Source: an uncultured delta proteobacterium
Lineage (GTDB): Bacteria > Myxococcota > Myxococcia > Myxococcales > Myxococcaceae
Direction of reading: 5' to 3'
DNA length: 64,000 nucleotides
Assembly (NCBI GenBank): GCA_963771175.1
Contig: CAVYSY010000026.1
Coordinates: 626,158 to 690,157 of the forward strand
The translations under genes and the position numbers were made by a program. Within the stretch, counting starts at the first letter, position 1, and every line of letters begins with the position of its first letter. Below the pieces are notes generated by a model. It had not been told where the DNA came from, ran no database searches, and worked only from the letters and a program-made list of their open reading frames with translations. Of the stretch, positions 32,117 to 46,924 are shown piece after piece.

Positions 32117-32812
32117 TCACGCCAGGTCGAAGAGCAGCGCCTCGAGCGACTCCGAGGCCGCGAGCACCAGCCGCGACTCCTCGGACACGGCCACCCCGTC
32201 CCCGGCCTTCACCTCCACGCCGTTGAGGGTGCCCGCGCCCCGCGCCACCTGCAGCCACGCGTGCCGGCCCGGGGCCAGCGCGTACTCGGTCTTCTCGCCC
32301 TCGCCCAGCAGCGTGCTGTACAGCCGCATGTCCTGGTGCACCTTCAGCGAGCCGTCCTGCCCCTCCGGCGACACCACCAGCCGGAAGCGACCCTGGCGCT
32401 CCTGCTCCGTGAAGGCCTTCTGCTCGTAGCTCGGCGTCAGGCCCTTGCGCTCGGGGAGGATCCAGATCTGCAGGAAGTGCAGCTCCTTGTCGGTGCGGTT
32501 CTGCTCGCTGTGCAGCACCCCCGTGCCCGCCGTCATCCGCTGCAGCTCGCCCGCTCGCAGCACCCCGTGCGAGCCCATGCTGTCCCGGTGTTCGATCTGC
32601 CCCGAGAGCATGTAGGTGATGATCTCCATGTCCCGGTGCGGGTGCGTGCCGAAGCCACTGCGCGGCGCCACCCGATCCTCGTTGATGACGCGCAGGGCGC
32701 GGAAGCCCATGTAGCTCGGGTCGTAGTAGTCCGCGAACGAGAAGGTGTGGTGGCTGTCCAGCCAGCCGTGGTTCGCATGTCCGCGTGCTTCAGAGGGTCG
32801 AACGGTGATCAT
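32117..32812 (-). CDS. Pirin family protein (YhhW-like)
   Basis: HGWLDSHHTFSFADYYDP, LRVINEDRV, HPHRDMEI, MTAGTGVLHSE, FLQIWI. Confidence 0.93.
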   Translation of the reverse strand: MITVRPSEARGHANHGWLDSHHTFSFADYYDPSYMGFRALRVINEDRVAPRSGFGTHPHRDMEIITYMLSGQIEHRDSMGSHGVLRAGELQRMTAGTGVLHSEQNRTDKELHFLQIWILPERKGLTPSYEQKAFTEQERQGRFRLVVSPEGQDGSLKVHQDMRLYSTLLGEGEKTEYALAPGRHAWLQVARGAGTLNGVEVKAGDGVAVSEESRLVLAASESLEALLFDLA

Positions 32813-32961
32813 CGGGTACCCCTTTTCTCCAATCATTCCTGATGCGCGAGGACCCGGAAGCGATTCGCCGCGTGCGAGCAGCGTCCCTCCCATCAGGCCC
32901 GTCACGCCGGCCACCAGGCCGCCAGTCACTTGACGCCGGCCGAGCGGCCTTCCGCGCCACC

Positions 32962-33507
32962 TCACGCCGCCTTCTCCGCCGCCGCCTTCACCGCCTGCAC
33001 GTCGAGCTCGATGTCGATGCGCTCGCCCACCAGCACCCCGCCCGTCTCCAGCGCCGTGTTCCACGTCAGCCCGAAGTCCTTGCGGTCGATGCTCGTGCGC
33101 GCGCTGAAGGCCAGGCGCTCGGCGCCGAACGGGTCCGTCACACGGCCGAGGAACTCGGTCTCCAGCACCACCTCGCGGGTGATGTCCCGCACAGTGAGGT
33201 CGCCCACCACGCGGTAGCGCTCCTGGCCCGCCGCCTCCACCCGCCGGCTGCGGAAGATGAGACGCGGGAAGGCCGCCACGTCGAAGAAGTCCGGCGAGCG
33301 CAGGTGGTTGTCTCGCGCCTCCACCTGGGTGTCGATGCTCGCCGCGTCGATCTTCACCTCCGCCTGCGCGCGCGTGAGGTCGCCGTTCACGAACAGCCGC
33401 CCCTCGTAGCGGGTGAAGCGGCCGCGAACCTTCGCCACCACCATGTGCCGCACCGTGAAGCCGATGGTGGAGTGGGTGGTGTCGAGCCGCCATGTCTCGA
33501 TGGCCAT
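32962..33507 (-). CDS. YceI family protein
   Basis: W.LD..HS.IGF.VRH, SIDT..RDNHLRSPDFFD, GDLTVR, IDRKDFGL. Confidence 0.93.
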   Translation of the reverse strand: MAIETWRLDTTHSTIGFTVRHMVVAKVRGRFTRYEGRLFVNGDLTRAQAEVKIDAASIDTQVEARDNHLRSPDFFDVAAFPRLIFRSRRVEAAGQERYRVVGDLTVRDITREVVLETEFLGRVTDPFGAERLAFSARTSIDRKDFGLTWNTALETGGVLVGERIDIELDVQAVKAAAEKAA

Positions 33508-33789
33508 TGAAGTCGTCTCCCGTGGAAAGTGCTTCTCTGGCCTTCCCCTGGAGCAACCCGCTTGCCACCGCATAACCCCCTGGAATCACGAGCCATGCCC
33601 GGTCCGAGCGGTCCACCCACCTCTCAAAACGAGAGACATGGACTCTCATTGAGAGAGCCCCTCCCTCTCATTCCGAGAGCCCCGCCCCTGCCCTCCGTGG
33701 CCGGGGGACCTCCAGGCGGGCGCCCGGTGCCGCACCTCCGGCGGGTGCGTACCTCTTCCGCGAGGGTCCTCAAGCACGGGGGTCGTACC

Positions 33790-34194
33790 ATGGACGTCAA
33801 TGAGGTCATCGACAGGGCTCGCGACGCATTCAATGTCCGGCGCGTCTTCGGAGAGCCCATCCACCAGGGCGCGGTGACGCTGGTCCCCGCCGCCTGGGTG
33901 AGCGGAGGGGGCGGAGGAGGGGGCGAAGGCACCGCCTCCGAGGGCGCGGAGAAGGCCGGCGGAACCAGCACCGGCACGAGCTACGGCAGCGGCTTCGGCC
34001 TGCGGGCCCGGCCGGCCGGCGCCTTCATCCTGCGCAACGACAAGGTGCGCTGGCAGCCGGCGGTGGACGTCAACCGCATCATCCTCGGGGCCCAGGTGCT
34101 GATGGGCCTCTTCCTGCTGACGATCGGCCAGCGGCTCGCGCGCCGCTTCCTCCAGGAGGAGAAGCCCTTCCGGAGGAAGAAGTTCGCGCGGTGA
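33790..34194 (+). CDS. YtfJ/GerW-like protein with C-terminal TM helix
   Basis: VFGEPI..VTLVPAA..GGGGGG..GSGFG..RPAGAF..VRWQP. Confidence 0.75.
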   Translation: MDVNEVIDRARDAFNVRRVFGEPIHQGAVTLVPAAWVSGGGGGGGEGTASEGAEKAGGTSTGTSYGSGFGLRARPAGAFILRNDKVRWQPAVDVNRIILGAQVLMGLFLLTIGQRLARRFLQEEKPFRRKKFAR

Positions 34195-34251
34195 GGAGGG
34201 GGTGAGCGCGCGGTACCTCCCACCCGGGGCCGGGCCGCGCGCCACCCATGG

Positions 34252-37200
34252 CTACTCTCCGAGCTGGCCGTACTCGTCGCTGCCCCACGCCTGGAGCGTG
34301 CCGTCCTGGCCCAGCACCACGGTGTACGCGTAGCCCGCGGAGATGGCCTCGAGGTCCGAGACACCCGTCACCGGCGCCGGGACGAGCTCCCCCGTCAGGG
34401 CCATGCCACTCCCGAGCTGCCCGGAGCCGTTGCCACCCCAGGACCAGAGGGTGCCATCGGAGCGCCGGGCCACCGAGTGCACATCGCCGGTCGCGATGGA
34501 CGTGACACCGGAGAGCCCCTGAGCCTGCACCGGGGTGGTGCGCGAGGTGGTGGTGCCATCCCCGAGCTGGCCCTGGCTGTTGTCGCCCCACGCCCACACC
34601 GTCCCATCGGACTTCAGCGCCAGCGAGTGGTCGCTACTGGTGGCAACGGCCTGGATGCCCGACAACCCCTGCACCTGCACCGGGGTGGTGCGCGAGGTGG
34701 TGGTGCCATCCCCGAGCTGGCCCTGGCTGTTGTCGCCCCACGCCCACACCGTCCCGTCGGCGCGCACCGCCAGGGAGTGGCTGGAACCACCCGAGACCCC
34801 CACGACATCCAGGACCCCCTGCACGAGCACCGGGGTGGCGCTCAAGGTGGTGGTGCCATCCCCGAGCTGGCCCTGGGTGTTGTCGCCCCACGCCCACACC
34901 GTCCCATCGGCGCGCACGGCCAGGGCATGGGAAGCGCCCGCCGAGAAGGTCACCACGTTCGAGAGGCCCTGCACCTGGACCGGGGTGGCGCGCGAGGTGG
35001 TGGTGCCATCCCCGAGCTGGCCCTGGGTGTTGTCGCCCCACGCCCACACCGTCCCATCACACCGCAGCGCCAGCGAGTAGGAGGCACCGGCCGCCACCGC
35101 CTCGATGCAGGAGAGGCCCGGGACCTGGCCCTGCGTGGCACGGTCCTGGAAGGTCCCGTCCCCGAGCTGGCCGCTGCTGTTCCGTCCCCAGCTCCAGACG
35201 GTGCCGTCGGAGTGCGCGAGCACGGAGTGGTAGTAGCCGGAGGACAGGGGCGTGGGGCGCGGGGTGCCTCGCACCGACGTGGGGGAGCTGACCGAGCTGG
35301 TGGTGCCATTGCCGAGCTGCCCGGAGGTACCGTCGCCCCACGCCCACACCGTCCCGTCGGCGCGCCGTGCGAAGGACATGCGGGAGCCGGCCGCGATGAG
35401 CTCGACGCCCGAGAAGCTCGGCACCAGCGTCGGAGTGGCCACGAAGGGAGTGGTGTTGGAGCCAAGGCCGAGCTGCCCCTGGACGTTGCGCCCCCAGACC
35501 CAGAGCATGCCGTCGGTGCGTCGGGCCAGCACGTGGTTGGCGCGGGTGGAGATGGCGCCGACACTCGAGACCGAGGCCTGCATCGGAGTCGCGGACGAGG
35601 TGGTGGTGCCATTCCCGAGCTGGCCCTGGCTGTTGTCACCCCAGGCCCACACCGTGCCGTCGGACTTCAGCGCCAGCGAGAAGTTGGACCCGGCCGCGAT
35701 GGCCGTGACTCCCGACAGCCCGGACACCGGCGCCGCGGTGGCACGCGAGGTATTGGTTCCATCGCCGAGCTGACCGTAGGTGTTGTTGCCCCAAGCCCAC
35801 ACGGTGCCATCGGACTTCAGCGCCAGCGAGTGGTAGGTGCCGGCGGCCACGGCCACCGCGCCCGTGAGCCCCTGCACCTGGGCCGCGGTGGTCAGCGCGG
35901 AGAAAGAGGCTGTTCCGTCGCCAAGCTGACCGTGGTTGTCGAACCCCCAGGCCCACACCGTGCCGTCGGACTTCACGGCCAGCGAGTGGTAGTTGCCCGC
36001 GGCGAGGGCCGAGATGCTCGTGAGGCCCGACACCTGCACCGGCGTGGGACGCTGGGTGGTGGTGCCATCCCCGAGCTGGCCGTAATAGTTGTCACCCCAG
36101 CCCCACACCGTCTGGTCTGTCTTCAGCGCCAGCGAGTGATAGGTGCCCCCGACGACGGCCTGGATGGACGACAGCCCCGACACCTGCACCGAGGTGCTGC
36201 GCAGCGTGTTGGTGCCATCGCCGAGCTGTCCGTAGGTGTTGTCCCCCCAGGTCCACACCGTGCCGTCCTGGCGCACGGCGAGACCATGCGTGTCTCCGGC
36301 GGCGAGCAGCCCGATGGAGGTGGGGACCTGCACCTGTCCGGGGATGGCGCGGAAGCTCGCGCTGCCGTTGCCGAGCTGGCCGCTGTTGTTGAAGCCCCAG
36401 CCCCAGGCGGAACCGTCGCTGCGCCCCGCCAGGGAGAAGGAGTTGCCGCAGGCAATGGCCTGCACATCCGACAGCCCCGCCACCAGCACGGGGGTGCGCT
36501 GCGGGTTGGAGCCCGACTGACTCACCTGGCTGTAGGTGTTGTCGCCCCAGGCCCACACCGAGCCATCGATGTGCCGGGCCACGACGTGGTGGGTACCGCT
36601 CGCGACGGCCACGACTCCCGAGAGCGTGAAGTCGAGGGTGGACACCTGCACCGGAGTGAGGGACGAGGCGGTGCTCCCATTCCCGAGCTGGCCGTAGGTG
36701 TTGTCACCCCAGGCCCACATCGGTACCGTTCTCGCGGTGCACCGCCACGCTGTGGGAGCCGCCGCCAGCGATGGCCTTCATGGGCGGGAGGCCGGACAGC
36801 ATCACTGGGACGATGCGCATGCTGACGGTGCCGTCACCGAGCTGACCAGCGCCGTTGTTGCCCCAGACCCACACGGAGCCGTCGGAGCCCAGGGCCAGGG
36901 AGTGGTAGTCCCCGGCGGCGATGGCCGAGACGTTCGAGAGCCCCTGCACCTGGACCGCGGTGGAGCGCGAGGTATTGGTTCCATCACCGAGCTGACCGAA
37001 GCCGTTCCCACCCCAGGCCCACACGGTGCCGTCGGACTTCAGCGCCAGCGAGTGGATGCTGCCGAGCGGCGATGGCCGCCACGTCCGTGAGCCCCGACAC
37101 CTGGACCGGCAGTCAGACGTTGGGTGGTGGTACCCTCCCCCAACTGGCCGTCCCCGTTCCCACCCCAGCTCCACACCGTGCCGTCGGACTTCAGCGACAG

Positions 37201-37530
37201 CGAGTGGTTGTTGCCGGCGGCCACGGCCGTCATGTCCGTGAGTCCCACCACCTGGGTCGGGCTGAGACGCTGCACGTTGGTGCCATCACCGAGCTGACCA
37301 CTGGTGTTGGTCCCCCAGCTCCACACGGAGCCGGTCGGCGTCGCGTACAGCGAGTGCCCCAGTCCACCGGCCAGGCGATACGGCCGGCCCTGGATGATGA
37401 CGAGCGAGGAGTTTCGCCGGGCCACCGCCAGCGAGTCACCGGTTCCACCTCCGTCACACCCGGTGACCAGCGCGGCTACGAGCCACAGGAGCGACAACAG
37501 ACAGCTCCTCGATACGGTACTCCTCATCAT
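34252..37530 (-). CDS. Large RCC1-repeat (beta-propeller) lipoprotein (apparent frameshifts near 36720 and 37070-37110)
   Basis: Lipobox LVTGC; roughly 20 repeats of HSLALKSDGTVWAWGxNxxGQLGDG. Confidence 0.9.
34524..35058. repeat. Four highly similar 150-bp intragenic repeats
   Basis: CGGGGTGG..GGTGGTGGTGCCATCCCCGAGCTGGCCCTGG recurs at 34531, 34681, 34831 and 34981. Confidence 0.85.
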
Positions 37531-37831
37531 ACGTTCCTCTCGTTCGTGCCTCGTGAACGACGGAAAACGAGGCCAGGGTTGCAATGTGCAGCGGCGTCCC
37601 CCCCACGCATCACGGGCTGTCATTCCCAGCCCGCGTCCTGACCTCGCCGGTCAATCGATGAGCACTTCACATATGCGGTCATGCGCGAATTATGCGCAAC
37701 TGGGTGACATTCGACTCCGGGCGCCAGGGATGACCCTGGAGGTACACGCCGGGTCATCGCCAAGGCGCGTCACGCTCGGCCGGTAGGATGTGGGTGCACA
37801 ACTCCCCGAGTGTTACTAGGTTGACGGGGAA

Positions 37832-38209
37832 ATGAACGTCGACCCCTCTCGCCGTCAGGCCGCATTGGATGCCCTCGCCCTGGATGACGAGGCCCTGCTG
37901 AAGGCCTGCGAGGTGGAGTTCTTCATCGCCTCCGGCCCGGGAGGGCAGCACCGCAACACCACGGCCAGCGGCGTGCGGCTGAGCCACCCGCCCACCGGGC
38001 TGTCCGTCACCGGCACCGAGCGCCGCAGCCAGGTGCAGAACAAGAGCGTCGCCCTGGAGCGCCTGCGCGAGGGCCTCAAGCTCCTCACCTTCGTGCCCAA
38101 GAAGCGCCACAAGACGAAGCCCACCAAGGGCTCCCAGCGGCGCCGTCTGGATACCAAGAAACGAGAAGGTGAGAAGAAGGCCCAGCGCAGCAAGAAGGGT
38201 CTGTGGTGA
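37832..38209 (+). CDS. Peptide chain release factor-like protein (ArfB/YaeJ-like peptidyl-tRNA hydrolase)
   Basis: SGPGGQHRN, RSQVQNK, basic tail TKPTKGSQRRRLDTKK. Confidence 0.88.
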   Translation: MNVDPSRRQAALDALALDDEALLKACEVEFFIASGPGGQHRNTTASGVRLSHPPTGLSVTGTERRSQVQNKSVALERLREGLKLLTFVPKKRHKTKPTKGSQRRRLDTKKREGEKKAQRSKKGLW

Positions 38210-38220
38210 AGGAGCTCCCC

Positions 38221-38643
38221 ATGCCCACATTGGAAGACGCCATCGCCCTGGCCGTGGAGGCCCACCGGGGTCAGCGGGACAAGGCTGGACAAACCTATAT
38301 CCTCCATCCCCTCCGGGTGATGATGCGCCTGGAGGGCGAGGCGGAGCGGATGGTGGCCGTGCTGCACGACGTGGTGGAGGACTCGCCCTACACCCTGGAG
38401 CGGCTGCGGGAGCTCGGCTACCCGGAGGAGGTGCTGGGCGCGCTGGAGCACCTCACGAAGCGCGAGGGCGAGACGTACGAGGCCTTCATCGAGCGCGTCC
38501 TCCCCCACCCCCTGGCCCGCCGGGTGAAGCTGGCGGACCTGGAGGACAACATGGACGTGCGGCGGCTGCCGGCCGTCACGGCGAAGGACGCCGAGCGGCT
38601 GGCACGCTACCGGGCGGCGTGGGCCCGGTTGAAGCAGGCGTAA
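38221..38643 (+). CDS. Stand-alone HD-domain protein (RelA/SpoT hydrolase-like)
   Basis: AHRGQRDKAGQTYILHP, LHDVVED, VKLADLEDN. Confidence 0.85.
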   Translation: MPTLEDAIALAVEAHRGQRDKAGQTYILHPLRVMMRLEGEAERMVAVLHDVVEDSPYTLERLRELGYPEEVLGALEHLTKREGETYEAFIERVLPHPLARRVKLADLEDNMDVRRLPAVTAKDAERLARYRAAWARLKQA

Positions 38644-38667
38644 GGCCACCGACACCTTCCCAACCCG

Positions 38668-38711
38668 AAAACAAACGGCCCGGCGCGCCGCGAAGGGGCA
38701 CACCGGGCCGT
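38668..38711 (-). terminator. Intrinsic terminator after acnA
   Basis: ACGGCCCGG/CCGGGCCGT stem followed by TTGTTTT on the minus strand. Confidence 0.7.
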
Positions 38712-38772
38712 CAGGGGAATCCACCAACACGCCGGAGCGAGGGGAAGAGCCTCACCCCGGCGGCCTCGGTGA

Positions 38773-41503
<2,731 letters not shown>

Positions 41504-41745
41504 TGTGAGTGCCGTCCTTCCTTACCGTCCGCTTGATGCGGCGTCTTCTAGGCCCGCCGACAGCGGCTTGCAAAGGGTTCCTGCGGGGGGGTTCCAGAGG
41601 CGGACGGTTGGGGGAACTTCACCGACCGTACGGGTCGCTCGCCGCACCTACATGGTCCGGGGCTGCGCCTCACGGCCTCGCCGGTCTATGCTCCCCGGCC
41701 CGAACCCCAGGAGACCCGCATCCACTTCCGAGCCCTCGAGGGGCC

Positions 41746-42369
41746 ATGAGCGAGAGCACTGAGCCAGAAGCGGGCGGAGCAGTGCCGCCCGAATGGAAGC
41801 AGGAGCTGGAACAACGACTCGCCCTGGCGACCCCGGGCGACGCCGTGCGCGGGCTGTTCTTCAACAGCATGCTCGAGCTGGTGCGGACGCTCGGTGACGA
41901 AGCGGCCATGGAGCGCTGCCTGGAGGCGAGCGGCGAGCGGCGCTTCTTCGACTTCTTCAACTACCCCGTCAGCGCGCTCCTCCGGCTGACCTACACCGCG
42001 GGGCATGAACTGAGCGCCCGGTACGGCGGCTTCGATGGAGCGCTGCGCCGGATGGGGAATCAGGCGATGACGGACTTCTTCGCTTCCGCCATGGGCAAGA
42101 CGCTGAGGCACCTGTCGGGCCAGGATGTGCGGGCCCTGGTGAGCAGCATGCAGACCATCTACCGGATGACGATGAGCTACGGGGAGCGCCGGGTGGTGTG
42201 GGAGACCCCCACGAGGGGCCGGCTCATCCTCCAGCGCAACTTCATCCCCTTCGCGTACCACGAGGGGGGACTGCGGACCACGCTCGACCTGGTGGGGGCC
42301 CGGATGGTGAGGGTGGTCGGGCGACAGACGGGGCCACTCGACAGCGAGTACGAGTTCTCCTGGGAGTGA
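41746..42369 (+). CDS. Myxobacterial DUF2378/TIGR02265-like protein
   Basis: [32 protein letters not shown] pattern. Confidence 0.75.
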   Translation: MSESTEPEAGGAVPPEWKQELEQRLALATPGDAVRGLFFNSMLELVRTLGDEAAMERCLEASGERRFFDFFNYPVSALLRLTYTAGHELSARYGGFDGALRRMGNQAMTDFFASAMGKTLRHLSGQDVRALVSSMQTIYRMTMSYGERRVVWETPTRGRLILQRNFIPFAYHEGGLRTTLDLVGARMVRVVGRQTGPLDSEYEFSWE

Positions 42370-42390
42370 CCCCGCCCGGCTCCGTGAGAC

Positions 42391-44346
42391 TCAGCGCGCC
42401 CGAGCGGTCTCGCGCAGCTCGAGCTGGAGGATCTCCTCCACCACCTGCGGCTCGGCCAGCGTGGTGGTGTCTCCGAGGCTGTCCGTCTGGCCCTCGGCCA
42501 CCTTGCGCAGGATGCGGCGCATGATCTTCCCCGAGCGCGTCTTCGGTAGGCCGCTCACCACCCGGATGCGGTCCGGCGTCGCCAGCGGGCCGATGATGCG
42601 CCTCACCTGCTCCTTGAGCGCGCCCACGAGCTGCTCCGAGCTCCTGGTCCTGCCCCATGGGCTTCACCGTCACATACGCGCAGATACCCGTGCCCTTGAT
42701 GTCGTGCGGGAAGCCCACCACCGCCGCCTCGGCCACTGCCTCGTGCGCCACCAGCGCGCTCTCGATCTCCGCCGTGCCCAGCCGGTGTCCGGAGACGTTG
42801 AGCACGTCGTCCACGCGGCCGGTAATCCAGTAGTAGCCGTCCTCGTCGCGGCGGCAGCCGTCACCCGTGAAGTACATGCCGGGGTACGCCGAGAAGTACG
42901 TCTCGCGGAAGCGCCGGTGGTCTCCCCAGATGGTGCGCGCCTGACCCGGCCAGGGGCGCTTGAGGCACAGGTTGCCCGAGACGCCGTTGCCCTCGATGAC
43001 GTTCCCCTTCTCGTCCACCAGCACCGGCTCGATGCCGAAGAACGGCAGGGTGGCGCTGCCCGGCTTGGTGGGCGTGGCGCCCGGGAGCGGGGTGATGAGG
43101 ATGCCGCCCGTCTCCGTCTGCCACCACGTGTCCACCACGTCGCAGCGGCCCTCGCCCACCACGTCGTGGTACCAGCGCCACACCTCGGGGTTGATGGGCT
43201 CGCCCACGCTGCCCGAGGATGCGCAGGCTCTTGCGCGAGGACTTCTTCACCCACTCGTCTCCCTCGCGGATGAGCGCGCGCAGCGCCGTGGGCGACGTGT
43301 AGAGGATGGTCGCCTGCAGGTCGTCCACCACCTGCCACATCCGTCCCGGGTCCGGGTACATCGGCGTGGACTCGAAGATGACCGTCGTCACGCCATTCAC
43401 GAGCGGGCCGTAGAGCAGATAGCTGTGGCCCGTGATCCAGCCCACGTCCGCGGTGCAGAAGAAGACGTCGTCCGGGCGGAGGTCGAAGACGTACTCGTGC
43501 GTCATCGCCGCGTAGACGAGGTAGCCCGCCGTGGTGTGCAGCACGCCCTTGGGCTTCCCGGTGCTGCCCGAGGTGTAGAGGATGAAGAGCGGATCCTCGC
43601 TGGACATCCACTCCACCGGGCAGGTGGAGCGGTGCTTCTGCATCTCGTCCTCGAGGAACAGGTCGCGGCCGGCCTTCATCGGGACGGTCGTCTCGGTGCG
43701 CCGGCTGACGAGCACGGTCTGCACCTGGGTGAGACCCTCGAGCGCCTGGTCCACGATCGACTTGAGGTGCACGGCCTTGGGTCCGCGCGGCGCCTCGTTG
43801 GCGGTGACGACGACCTGCGCGCTCCCGAGTCGAGGATGCGATCTCGCAGGGACTCGGCGGAGAAGCCGGCGAACACCACCGAGTGCACCGCGCCGATGCG
43901 CGCGCACGCCGAGCATGGTGTAGGCCACCGCGGGCGTCATCGGCATGTAGATGCAGACGCGGTCCCCCTTCTGCACGCCGTGCGCCTTGAGCACGTTGGC
44001 CATGCGCGCCACCTGGTGCTTGAGCTCGCGGTAGGTGATCCGCTCGTACTGCCCCGGCTCGTTGCCCGCCCAGACGATGGCCACCTTGTCCGGGTGCGTT
44101 TGCAGGTGCCGGTCCACCGCGTTGTGGCAGGCGTTGAGCCGGCCACCGCCGTACCAGGAGAAGTCCACCTCCTGCATGTCCACGTCGAGCACGTTGCGTC
44201 GGCGGGTGGAACCAGTCGAGCCGCTTCGCCTGCTCGCCCCAGAAGCCGGTAGGGTCCTCCAGGCTCTGACGATAGAGGCGGCGGTACTCCTCGAGGCTCT
44301 TCACGCGGGCGCGCGCGGTGATGGACTCCTTCGGCGCAAGAAGCAT
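42391..44346 (-). CDS. acs: Acetyl-CoA synthetase (apparent frameshifts)
   Basis: [57 protein letters not shown]. Confidence 0.96.
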
Positions 44347-44537
44347 GGACTCTCCCCCAGAGGTCGGGATGGGTTGGATGGAGTCCCCCAACGCAAGCGA
44401 CATGCCTCTGTGAAAACCCCGTGCTTCCGGTAGGTTGCGTGCTGGACGCACCGCGTCGAGACGTCACGCGCGGAAACGAGGCGTTACCTTCCGTAACATG
44501 GCCGAGACATGACGCACCGTTCCGAGCGAGCCCTTCC

Positions 44538-46924
44538 ATGAAGCCCTTCCTCCGCGTCTACGCCCTTCGGCTGCGCAACGGCTGGAAGTTCATGCTGCTG
44601 GTGACGGCGCTCGCCACCGTGGGCGCCGCGCTCTGCCAGAAGTACGACCTGTTGCAGATGGGCGATGCCGAGCGCGCCGCCTATGACCAGGGCCTCACCT
44701 TCTTCACCCAGGGACACCCGCGCTCCCAGGACGTCGTCATCGTCGGCATCGACGACAAGACGCTGCAGGGCATCCGGGACAACGAGCGGTACGTCCGCAA
44801 CTACGGCGTCTATCCCTACTCGCGCAACCTGTGGGCGCGCGTCTTCGAGCACCTCGTGGACGAGGGTGCACGCGCCATCGTCTTCGACGCCGTGATGGAC
44901 GAGCGGGGCACCGACGAGAGCAATGACCTCGCCCTGGCGCAGGTGCTGGAGGAGCGCGGCATCCCCCTCACGCTCGGCTTCAGCATCAACGCGGGCCAGC
45001 CCGCCCTCCCCCGGGTGGAGCCGCTCAACCGTTTCCCCCACCGGCCCGCACCGGACGTCCAACCCGCCCGCGCCGCCGAAGAGGACTTCGTCGAGGCGGT
45101 GCCCGCGGGTGGCGCGCCCGGGGAGGACTTCGTCGAGACGGAGGGGCCTCCGCCCCTGAAGCCGGAGGAGGTGGCTCGGGCACTCGCCCTGCCCGTGCAC
45201 CACCCCGGCCTCGTCCTGCCCTCGCTGGAGCAGCGGTCGAGCGAGGGGGCACGGCTCATGCGCCACCCGGTGCCGCCCCTGCCGGACCTGGTGCGCACCG
45301 TGCCCGGCTTCGGGCTCGTCCTGCTGGAGCAGGACGAGGACGGGCGCCTGCGCCGCACCCGCTTCGCGTACTCGGACGGCGCCAACACCTACGCCACGCT
45401 GTCCCTGGCCGCGGCGGCGGACATCCTCGGCGCCGAGCGCGTCGAGCTGGCGCCGGGCAAGCTGAAGCTCGGCTCCCGCGAGCTGCCCATCAACCCGGAC
45501 GGCAGCGCCGAGCTCGACTTCGGCGGCGCATGGAAGGACCGCTTCGAGGCGCTCAGCGTGTACGCGGTGCTGGAGGACTGGGTGCGCCGAGAGGAGCACC
45601 GGACGAAGGGCACGCCCTACACGCCCGTCCTCCCCGAGGGCACCTTCCGCGACAAGGTGGTGCTGGTGGGCGGACTGGCGTGGGCACCAGCGACGTGAAG
45701 GCCACGCCCTTCCAGAGTGAGTCCCCCGGCCTCGTGAAGCACGCGGTGATGCTGGAGGCGCTCCTGTCCGGCGGCTTCATCACCGAGGCGCCCTTCTGCG
45801 GTCTCCCTGCTGCTCACCTTCTTCGTGGCGCTCTTCTCCGCGACGCTCATCACCCTCGCCCGCTCGCCGCTGCTGGAGATCGCCTGGCCGCTGCTGCTCT
45901 TCTTCGGCTTCTTCCTCGTCACCGGCGTGTTCCTCGAGCACGGCCAGGTGCATGTGCTGAGCGCGATGCCCACGTACGCGGGCGAGTTCGCCACGCTGTC
46001 GGCGGTGGCCTTCAACCACCTGTTCGCCAACCGCGAGCGCGAGCGGCTTCGCGAGGCCTTCAACCGCTTCCTCGACAAGACGCTGGTCGATGAGCTCGTG
46101 GAGCAGCAGAAGCTGCCCTCGCTCGAGGGCGAGACGCGGGAGATCACCGCCTTCTTCTCCGACATCCGCGGCTTCTCCACCTTCAGCGAGCGCTTCAAGG
46201 ACGACCCGAAGGCGCTGGTGCGCCCTGCTCAACCGCTACCTCACGCGGGTGAGCTCGGTGCTGATGGCGCACGGCGCCTGCCTCGACAAGTACATCGGCG
46301 ACGCGGTGGTGTGCCTCTTCGGCGCGCCCATGGACATGCCGGACCACGCGGTGCGCGCCTGTCACGCGGCGCTCGCCGTGCGCAATGAGGTGGACGCGCT
46401 GCGCGCGGAGTTCGCCGAAGGAGGGCCTGCCCGACGTCTACACGCGCATCGGCCTCAACACCGCGGAGATGTTCGTGGGCAACTTCGGCAGCGAGCAGCT
46501 GCTCGACTACACCGCCATCGGGGACGGCATGAACCTCGCCGCCCGGCTGGAGGGCGCCAACAAGGCCTACGACACCGTCATCATGATCGGCCCGCACACC
46601 TACGCGCTGGCGCGCGAGCACGTCGAGGTGCGGGAGCTGGATCGGGTGCGCGTCGCGGGCAAGCCCGAGGCGGTGATCGTCTACGAGCTCCTGGCCCGCG
46701 CCGGAGAGCTGTCCGCGGCGAAGCGCACCACCGTGGAGCGCTACCACCGGGCGCTCGCGCTCTACCGCGAGGCCCGCTTCGAGGAGGCGGCCCACGTGCT
46801 TCGGGAGGCGCTCACGGAGGACCCGCAGGACGGTCCCAGCCGGGCGCTCCTTGCGCGCTGCGAGCGTTACGCATTGAATCCCCCTACCCGCCCCTTCGAT
46901 GGGGTGGTGAGCCTGGAGAAGTGA
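44538..46924 (+). CDS. CHASE2-domain class III adenylate/guanylate cyclase with C-terminal TPR (apparent frameshifts)
   Basis: VVIVGIDDKT, AIVFD, DEDGRLR, DKVVLVG; three TM helices; FSDIRGFS, DKYIGDAV, RIGLN, YTAIGDGMNLAARLEG. Confidence 0.92.

Noticed and set aside
34524..35058. Regular repeats resembling a CRISPR array
   Set aside because: 150 bp in-frame RCC1 coding repeats; spacers are homologous; no cas genes in the window
37670..37700. TGCGC-N7-GCGCA near-palindrome upstream of the RCC1 gene
   Set aside because: Too short to distinguish from chance in GC-rich DNA
44483..44497. GTTAC-N5-GTAAC between acs and the cyclase
   Set aside because: Plausible operator, but only 5 bp arms and no second copy or assignable regulator
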